IMG/VR virus record: IMGVR_UViG_3300009164_004014
Coordinates: 824 to 64,823 of that record
Direction: 5' to 3' (one strand)
DNA: 64,000 nt
From: a virus
Lineage: Duplodnaviria > Caudoviricetes
The notes below the pieces were generated by a model. The model was not told the DNA's origin. It did no database searches and saw only the letters and a program-made list of their open reading frames with translations. Shown here one piece after another: positions 57,239 to 64,000 of this stretch. A program made the translations under genes and the position numbers. How positions within the stretch are numbered: position 1 is the stretch's first letter; each line of letters opens with the position of its first letter.

Positions 57239-59476
57239 TTGGACTTTAATTTAAAATCACTTGCGGTAGATAAACTAGTACCAAAAGAAAAACCAACTGA
57301 AGATATAGCAGACGCACGCCATCGTAGCATGATGGAGGCAATAGCACCCTACGCTAAAAAAACAGTTCAAAAAAACTTAACTCCGGTATATGTGGATTAC
57401 AAAACACGAAAAACTAAATTAGTTTTAGTATTGTGTCCAGAATGGAGTCCCTATATGCCCCCATTTAGCCTTGCAAGATTAAGTGGAATAGCAAAAAGTT
57501 CAGGATATGAAACACACATTATGGACTTGAATGTTAAGGCATACAATGAATTTATGAATGATTGGTTGCCCAATAAAAAACTACCATTCAGATTATGGGA
57601 TCCTAGTAGTAGTTGGCACTGGTTAGGTGACACATATATGAATGATATTCATCCTGTGCTAGAACCTATACTTAGTAAAGCAGTAGATGACATTGTTGCA
57701 TTGAATCCTGAAGTCGTTGGGTTTAGTATATATTATATCAGTGAAGAACCTAGTAAATGGATGTGTCGTGAATTGAAGCGCAGACTCCCTAACGTGAAAA
57801 TAGTTGTAGGTGGACCAAATGTGCATAAGAGTTGGTTTAATATTGAACCTTATTATGATTATGTTGTAGTGGGTGAAGGTGAAGCAAACTTGTTAGTATT
57901 ATTAGAAGAAGTTGAAAATGGTGTAAATCACTCTAAACCAAAAGTATTAGATCAACCGGAAGATCAACGTATCAATATTAATGGCTTACCTATGCCAGAT
58001 TATGAATCTATCGACTTTAGCCAATACGAATTGCCCAACGGTATCAATACTGAGATTAGTAGAGGGTGTACAGCTAAGTGTACATTTTGTGAAGAAACAC
58101 ATTTTTGGAAATATCGTCAACGCCAAGCAGTTGACTTAATTGACGAAATTGAATGGCTTTATTATAATAAGGGAACAGATGTTATTTGGTTCATTGATAG
58201 CTTAGTTAACGGTAATTTGAAAGAACTCAGGGCATTTGCTAAGGGTGTTGCAGCAAAAGGACTAAAAATTAAATGGACAGGTTATGCCCGATGCGACGGT
58301 CGCATGGATTTAGAATATATGGAAGATTTAGCCGCCGGCGGCTGCATTATGTTCAATTATGGAATTGAATCCGGTAGTCAAAAAGTACTAGATGATATGG
58401 CAAAGGGTGTTACTATTGCCGAGATGGAACAAAACTTTATTGATGGAAAAAAAGTAGGTATATGGGCAGCAACAAACTGGATTGTTGGGTTCCCCACTGA
58501 AAACTTTCAAGACTACGCTGATAGTATGACATTGTTATGGCGTATGCGTAATAATAATATTAATAACGCCGGATTGGGTGTAGGGTATGGATTGGGGCCA
58601 GAAACAATTGTTGGTCAAAATCCACATAAGTTTAATATTAGTTGGCACAAGTATCAAGGGCATTGGATAACAAATGATTTTAAAATTGGCGGTACACATG
58701 TAATGATACGTGTTAAAACATTTCATATGTTTGCTGATTATTTAAGGGGATGCAGTGAAGTACCAATTAGTTATCCGATAAGAGTTAATTTGGCTAAAGA
58801 ACATTATAAGATTTTATTAAATAATCCTAAAAATATCAAAGAAGTTGAATATGAAAATTTTGACTACAATATAATTAAACCAAACATTAATCCTTTTGCT
58901 GATACTCTTGTAAACGAGATGTGGCCATTTTTTAGAATGTTGTGGAGAACTAGAGGCGGTTATAGATCAATAATTAAATTTAATCCTGAAATTGATTTAA
59001 AAGAGTTTGGTGGTCAATTTGGTCCCGGTATGTTCAATGCAGTATACAAATTTTCTATCACTGATGACGGCAAATGGCAAGCTGACTTTAATATTAACTT
59101 TGAGCAAGTAGATAATATATTTGATGATAGAGAGCCATCACGCAAGGGACCATTTTATGCACAAGACTATAGTAGATTGCAAAGCAACACGACCAAACGT
59201 GCTAGAAAATTAGCAAAACCAACATGGAGTGACGAGGATGGTCGTAGCGGTCAAGACTTTATGGATTTGCTTAATGAAGAAAAAATGCTAAATGAAACTA
59301 TTGATTTCTCATTTAAATTGCATTGGGTAGAATCAGGTGATTGGAGTAATTATGATGATTACAAAGTAAAAGTTTCTGATACTACAAGTGTCATTATACC
59401 CGAAAAAGAAGCAATGGATAAAACAGAATTTGTATCTATTGACATATCATCTATCAAAAAGAATAAAAATGACTAA
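57239..59476 (+). CDS. Cobalamin-binding radical SAM enzyme with C-terminal extension
   Basis: PPFSLARL..VVGFSIY..VVGGPN..GEGE..EISRGCTAKCTFC..GIESGSQKVL..IVGFPTE. TTG start with GGGAG SD. Confidence 0.88.
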   Translation: MDFNLKSLAVDKLVPKEKPTEDIADARHRSMMEAIAPYAKKTVQKNLTPVYVDYKTRKTKLVLVLCPEWSPYMPPFSLARLSGIAKSSGYETHIMDLNVKAYNEFMNDWLPNKKLPFRLWDPSSSWHWLGDTYMNDIHPVLEPILSKAVDDIVALNPEVVGFSIYYISEEPSKWMCRELKRRLPNVKIVVGGPNVHKSWFNIEPYYDYVVVGEGEANLLVLLEEVENGVNHSKPKVLDQPEDQRININGLPMPDYESIDFSQYELPNGINTEISRGCTAKCTFCEETHFWKYRQRQAVDLIDEIEWLYYNKGTDVIWFIDSLVNGNLKELRAFAKGVAAKGLKIKWTGYARCDGRMDLEYMEDLAAGGCIMFNYGIESGSQKVLDDMAKGVTIAEMEQNFIDGKKVGIWAATNWIVGFPTENFQDYADSMTLLWRMRNNNINNAGLGVGYGLGPETIVGQNPHKFNISWHKYQGHWITNDFKIGGTHVMIRVKTFHMFADYLRGCSEVPISYPIRVNLAKEHYKILLNNPKNIKEVEYENFDYNIIKPNINPFADTLVNEMWPFFRMLWRTRGGYRSIIKFNPEIDLKEFGGQFGPGMFNAVYKFSITDDGKWQADFNINFEQVDNIFDDREPSRKGPFYAQDYSRLQSNTTKRARKLAKPTWSDEDGRSGQDFMDLLNEEKMLNETIDFSFKLHWVESGDWSNYDDYKVKVSDTTSVIIPEKEAMDKTEFVSIDISSIKKNKND

Positions 59477-60221
59477 AAAAAAGATAATGTTAATTGCAGG
59501 GTGCAGCCATTCTTCAGGTTCAGAAATAGATGGTAGCCAAGACTCTGCATATAATAGACAACATTCATTTGGTAATGTATTAGCAATTAAAATGGGATAC
59601 ACGCCTGTTAATATAGCAGAGCCCGGCTCTACTAATCCTTCAATTGCAAGAAGTGTTTTACAATGGTTCAGTGAAAAGTATGATAGTGAATCCATGGAAG
59701 TTTTTGTATTAGTAAGTTGGACTGATAGTTCTAGAATGGAAGTGCCGTGGGAAGGAAAAACATGGTATGGAGATCACAATCCGTTTAACGACTATTATGC
59801 TAGTACTGGTGAAGATTACGTTCGTATAAATTTAGGATGGCCTGGTGGAAATGCAGAAGAAAAAATATTTATTGCAGAATATCAAAAATTTATGGTCAAA
59901 AACGAAACGTATTTAGAGATAGTAAGTGCCAATTTAATATTACAATTACAATATTTTTTTAAATCAAAGGACATTAATTATTTAATGTGTAATTCTTCTC
60001 ATATGTTTGATAAAAGAAATATACACACCAATTTTTACCTAAATCAAATTGATACTACTAAATATTACAATATAGAAGATATTGAGCAGTCTTTTTATAT
60101 AAAATACAAAAATGCAGGATATACTAATCCAAAAGCAAAATATTGGCATCACAACGAAACTCCACATCAATTATATGCTGATGAGTTGTATAACTTTATA
60201 GAGGTAAACAAATGTTTATAG
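59469..60221 (+). CDS. SGNH/GDSL-like hydrolase or acyltransferase
   Basis: AGCSHSSG, NIAEPGSTN, WTDSSR, WHHNETPH. Start taken at ATG 59469. Confidence 0.6.
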   Translation: MTKKKIMLIAGCSHSSGSEIDGSQDSAYNRQHSFGNVLAIKMGYTPVNIAEPGSTNPSIARSVLQWFSEKYDSESMEVFVLVSWTDSSRMEVPWEGKTWYGDHNPFNDYYASTGEDYVRINLGWPGGNAEEKIFIAEYQKFMVKNETYLEIVSANLILQLQYFFKSKDINYLMCNSSHMFDKRNIHTNFYLNQIDTTKYYNIEDIEQSFYIKYKNAGYTNPKAKYWHHNETPHQLYADELYNFIEVNKCL

Positions 60222-60310
60222 TAAGATGGTTTAAAAATTTAGTCAGAGAATATAAATACCGCAAACGTTTAAAAGAACTACGCAAGCGTGATCCATTTAT
60301 TTACAAATGA
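60212..60310 (+). CDS. 32-aa basic microprotein ending DPFIYK (below ORF-track cutoff)
   Basis: MFIVRWFKNLVREYKYRKRLKELRKRDPFIYK*. GAGG SD at 60201; ATGA overlap with the carbamoyltransferase start. Confidence 0.75.
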   Translation: MFIVRWFKNLVREYKYRKRLKELRKRDPFIYK

Positions 60311-61788
60311 ATTATATTGGTATTTCGGCTGGATTCCATGACGCGGCAATAAGCGTTGTAGATGATTATGGCAATATATTGTTTGCTGGACATAGTGAAC
60401 GATATAGTAAAAACAAACATGACAAAGATGTTTGTAAAGAATTATTAATAGATGCTCTAAAACATACTAATTCGGCTTATTTACAATATCATTACTACGA
60501 ACGTCCTTGGTTAAAGTCATTGCGTCAATTACGCAGTGGTGAAGGCTTTAGTTGGCCGTCTTGGGAAAAGATACTAGGTTCTACTTATCATCAGATGGGT
60601 ACTCCTAAAATTTACACACATGGGCATCATCTATGTCATGCTGCCGCTGGCTTTCAAACAAGTAGTTTTCAAGATGCTACTATAGTAGTCATTGATGCCA
60701 TTGGTGAGTTTGACACTGTTACTATATGGGATGCTTGGTATGATTTTTCAACGGGCAAAGCAGAATATCAAAAACTATGGAGTATGCGATACCCAGATAG
60801 CATTGGACTATTCTATTCAGCAATGACTGAACGAGTTGGACTACGCCCACTTGATGAAGAATATATACTAATGGGTATGGCAGCATACGGCGAACCAGTT
60901 CACCTTCAAGAAATGATTACTGAGTTTGTAGATAATAAAGATATATTTACGTTCAAACAAAATCTACACACTGGAGTTGATAAAGATTTCTTACACGATG
61001 CTAATCCAATGAACATTGCCAGTAGTACTCAATATCTAGTAGAACATATGATTACTAGAGTAATGAGTAAAGCTAGAACATTAGGTCGTAGTAAAAATTT
61101 AGTATACGGCGGTGGTGTAGCATTGAATTGTTTAGCTAATAGATTATTAGGAAATTTCTATGAGAATATTTGGATCATGCCTAACCCAGGCGATGCGGGC
61201 AATAGTCTTGGTGCGGCAGCATTGGGATACGGTTGTAAAGTTAATTGGACTAATGCATATCTTGGTAGTAATATTGCTGGCAATTATCCTGTTAATTCCC
61301 TGCTCGATGTTTTGCTCTCTGATAAAATTGTCGGTGTTGCGTCGGGAAGAGCTGAATTTGGTCCAAGAGCATTGGGCAACAGAAGTTTATTAGCAGACCC
61401 TAGGGGTGATGAGATAAAAGATAAAGTAAATGAGATTAAACGCAGACAAAAGTTTAGACCTTTTGCCCCTGTTATCTTAGAAGAATATGCTGATCAATAT
61501 TTTGAAATGCCTAAACACTGGCATGATAGCAGATATATGCAAGTGATTAGTAAGTGTAAGTACCCTGAGAAATTTCCTGCTATTGTACACCATGATTGGA
61601 CTAGTCGTGTTCAAACTGTTCCAAAAGATGGATCAGGAATTAGAGAACTATTAGAGAAATGGTATGTGTTGACTGAATGCCCAATGTTACTAAACACAAG
61701 TTTAAACATACGTGGCGAGCCAATGGTCAATGATAGAGATGATGCTGATAGATTTGAAAAACTATATGGGGTTAAAGTTTTATCATAA
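60307..61788 (+). CDS. O-carbamoyltransferase, NodU/CmcH/TobZ family
   Basis: GFHDAA, HSERYS..KHD, HHLCHAA, DAIGE, MGMAAYG, GGVALNC, GDAG, EFGPRALGNRS, FRPFAP, SRVQTV, LNTSLN. Confidence 0.93.
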   Translation: MNYIGISAGFHDAAISVVDDYGNILFAGHSERYSKNKHDKDVCKELLIDALKHTNSAYLQYHYYERPWLKSLRQLRSGEGFSWPSWEKILGSTYHQMGTPKIYTHGHHLCHAAAGFQTSSFQDATIVVIDAIGEFDTVTIWDAWYDFSTGKAEYQKLWSMRYPDSIGLFYSAMTERVGLRPLDEEYILMGMAAYGEPVHLQEMITEFVDNKDIFTFKQNLHTGVDKDFLHDANPMNIASSTQYLVEHMITRVMSKARTLGRSKNLVYGGGVALNCLANRLLGNFYENIWIMPNPGDAGNSLGAAALGYGCKVNWTNAYLGSNIAGNYPVNSLLDVLLSDKIVGVASGRAEFGPRALGNRSLLADPRGDEIKDKVNEIKRRQKFRPFAPVILEEYADQYFEMPKHWHDSRYMQVISKCKYPEKFPAIVHHDWTSRVQTVPKDGSGIRELLEKWYVLTECPMLLNTSLNIRGEPMVNDRDDADRFEKLYGVKVLS

Positions 61789-61796
61789 GTAATTAA

Positions 61797-64000
61797 ATGC
61801 TAAGAGATGTATTTTATTACGGTAATAAACCTAACGTTCACCCAAGAGAAAAATTTGCAGCTTCATTAGAAGATGCTAGAAATCAATGCACAACTAAACA
61901 TTTTTGGATAATCAACGAATACTGTGATTATACTAATTTTGATTGGGATTGGGATTTTGAATTTCTACCCGATGAAGATGTTTGGGCAGAAGAACACAAC
62001 AATGTATGGCCTAGTCAACACCAAAAAGATAGCGGAACTTGGCTATGCAATACAACTAATAATCAACCACTGACAGTGTATCGGGCTGATGTTAATGCCA
62101 TTAAACGTAAAAACATCACTTCAGATAATTGGGTTATTCTATCCCCTATAGACAATCTTAAATTTGACTTTAGCTGGCACCCAGATCCAACTGACCCTCC
62201 GTATATTTATGTATGGGGTAATCAATGGCATTCTGGCAAAGTTATGTCTACAATTGAGTATCATGTATTTGGTGCAACATCAATCAAATATGTTGAAAAT
62301 AATATTGCTATACTTGCACAACAACCTAAAAACTTTGATGTGTTTGAAGAAGTATCAGACTTTGATTTTAGTTGGGTCCCAAATCCAACCAGCCCGCCGT
62401 ATATTTACGTTTGGGGGAATCAATGGAATACTCCAGAAGATGCGATATCTATTCAATATGTTGTTGAGGGTGCAAAAGAATACAAATATATGCAACAACG
62501 TGCAATTCGTAAACCGTGTAAAGATAATTGGCACATACCCACTGACGTTGATGTAAATGCGTTTGATTTTAGTTGGGTGCCTTCACCGCATGATGAGCCG
62601 TTCATATATCAGTTTGGAACACAATGGCACGACAGGGGTGGACCAAGATATGTACCCGAATCTATCGTTAGATTATCATCCGGTGAACCAATTGGACAGA
62701 TTAAGTATGTAACCGATATTGTTGCTACATTAATTCAAAATAAAGCTAGATGGATTATACCTAATAATATTGATACTAGTGATTTTGACTTTAGCTGGGT
62801 GCCTCATCCAGATGAACAACCGTATATACATCAGTTTGGAACTCAATGGCAAAAGACAGGTGGACCTCAGTATATTGCTCCAGAGATTGTTAAATTATCA
62901 AATGATAATTATTTAGGTCCAGTTAAGTATATTGATATTCAAACAGCAAAAAAATTACCAAGTAAAACTGATTTTAATATATTAGATGACAACGTTATAG
63001 ATGATTTTGATTATTCATGGCACCCAGATGACACAGAGCCTCCCTACATATATGTATTTGGTAATAATCAATATCCTGCACAAATAATGCCAACAGTTGA
63101 ATATGTAGTCAAAGGTGCGACTCAAGTTAAACACATGCATAATATAGTTGCTACTTTGGGTGTAAATAAAACCAATTGGGTCATACACCAACCTATTGAC
63201 GAAACTAAATTTAACTTAAGTTGGGTACCCAACCCCAAATCCCCTCCTTACATATATGTTTGGGGCAATAAGTATATTGAAGCAATATTAAAACCTACTG
63301 TAGAATATGTTGTGCCGGGTGCAACTGAATACAAGTACATGGAAAAACTGGTAGAAGTTACCCCTGAATGGGACAAGTGGATAGAAGTTCAAGTAGTAGA
63401 TAAAACTAAATTTGATTTTACATGGAGACCTGATCCACGTGAACCTGCATACATTTACACTTGGGGAAACAAGTACATTGCTGGTGAATTAATTCCGACA
63501 CTTGAATATCATTGCGAAGATGCAACTGAACGAAAATATATGAGCGATGATGTTTGTGTGTTACCCGAATTTAATAAATGGGTGATACCTTCTAACATTG
63601 ATGATAGTTCATTTGATTATACTTGGAGACCTGATCCACGTGAACCTGCCTTTATCTATCAATTTGGTACACAATGGCAAAAGACAGGTGGACCAAGATA
63701 CGTATGTGAAGATGCAACCGAAATAAAATATCTGGATAATCAAAAAGTTAAAATATTACCAAATAAAGAAAATTGGACAGTACCTACTAACATAGATATT
63801 AGTGAGTTTGATTTTAGTTGGCATCCAGACGATACAAGTCCGCCGTATATTTATAGATTTGCTACTCAGTGGGCAATGAGTGGAGGTCCTGTTTATATAG
63901 TACCTGATGCTATAGAGGTTAAATATATAGATGCTACAAAGGCTATAGCTTTATCCAATCGTGCAAATTGGGAAATAGGTGAATACATTGATGCTGATAG
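61797..64000 (+). CDS. Long W/P/Y-rich repeat protein (over 734 aa, runs off right edge; absent from ORF track)
   Basis: Manual translation MLRDVFYYGNKPNVHPREKF... is open to the window end. Preceded by TAAGTA (61786), a possible late-promoter variant. Confidence 0.85.
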   Translation, partial: MLRDVFYYGNKPNVHPREKFAASLEDARNQCTTKHFWIINEYCDYTNFDWDWDFEFLPDEDVWAEEHNNVWPSQHQKDSGTWLCNTTNNQPLTVYRADVNAIKRKNITSDNWVILSPIDNLKFDFSWHPDPTDPPYIYVWGNQWHSGKVMSTIEYHVFGATSIKYVENNIAILAQQPKNFDVFEEVSDFDFSWVPNPTSPPYIYVWGNQWNTPEDAISIQYVVEGAKEYKYMQQRAIRKPCKDNWHIPTDVDVNAFDFSWVPSPHDEPFIYQFGTQWHDRGGPRYVPESIVRLSSGEPIGQIKYVTDIVATLIQNKARWIIPNNIDTSDFDFSWVPHPDEQPYIHQFGTQWQKTGGPQYIAPEIVKLSNDNYLGPVKYIDIQTAKKLPSKTDFNILDDNVIDDFDYSWHPDDTEPPYIYVFGNNQYPAQIMPTVEYVVKGATQVKHMHNIVATLGVNKTNWVIHQPIDETKFNLSWVPNPKSPPYIYVWGNKYIEAILKPTVEYVVPGATEYKYMEKLVEVTPEWDKWIEVQVVDKTKFDFTWRPDPREPAYIYTWGNKYIAGELIPTLEYHCEDATERKYMSDDVCVLPEFNKWVIPSNIDDSSFDYTWRPDPREPAFIYQFGTQWQKTGGPRYVCEDATEIKYLDNQKVKILPNKENWTVPTNIDISEFDFSWHPDDTSPPYIYRFATQWAMSGGPVYIVPDAIEVKYIDATKAIALSNRANWEIGEYIDAD
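62163..64000 (+). repeat. At least 9 diverged copies of a 65-74-aa unit, F[DN][FYL][ST]WxPxxxxPx[YF]I[YH]x[WF]G..
   Basis: Units begin at about 62163, 62361, 62562, 62784, 63006, 63210, 63411, 63612 and 63807. Confidence 0.9.

Noticed and set aside
39594-59468. Track start sites 39594, 40961, 54718 (minus) and 59388, and likewise 2315
   Set aside because: Downstream ATGs (39600, 40991, 54685, 59469, 2321) fit stop-start overlaps, promoter spacing and paralogue N-termini better.
60251-60258. Perfect T4 late consensus TATAAATA upstream of the carbamoyltransferase
   Set aside because: It lies inside the microprotein ORF (Tyr-Lys-Tyr codons) and may be coincidental. It cannot be excluded but is not called.
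62164-62556. 130-aa plus-strand ORF in the track
   Set aside because: It is an out-of-frame shadow within the real 61797-to-end repeat-protein ORF.
1-64000. Stop-codon reassignment, as seen in some large phages
   Set aside because: Genes are full length and densely packed in code 11, and TAA, TGA (e.g. 9601, 36756) and TAG (52748, 60221) all terminate genes.

Overview
AT-rich 64-kb segment of a large T4-like (myoviral, probably jumbo) phage genome, read in the standard genetic code. No tRNA, rRNA, CRISPR array, transposase or reverse transcriptase is visible. The left half (1-36.4 kb) holds a gp55-like late sigma factor transcribed divergently from a contractile-tail baseplate module. That module comprises a tube-initiator-like protein, gp53, a hub protein, a gp5 spike, a glycine-zipper repeat protein, gp25, gp6, a 6617-aa gp7-like mosaic protein and fibre proteins. 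The right half (36.4-64 kb) abuts the fibre genes and is a dense biosynthetic island. It encodes 3 GT-A-like glycosyltransferases, 6 tandem Twitch/SPASM-type radical SAM genes, 2 B12-binding radical SAM enzymes, 3 paralogous GT-like domains (one fused to a nucleotide-sugar dehydrogenase), RmlB, an NDP-sugar C-methyltransferase, 2 SGNH-like proteins, an O-carbamoyltransferase with a PFIY microprotein, and a long W/P/Y-repeat protein. The same TAAATA late-promoter motif heads both the structural and the biosynthetic transcription units. The leading hypothesis is therefore a late-expressed, phage-encoded pathway that builds an unusual, heavily tailored glycan or other decoration for the virion. 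All family assignments come from motif recognition by eye; no database search was run.
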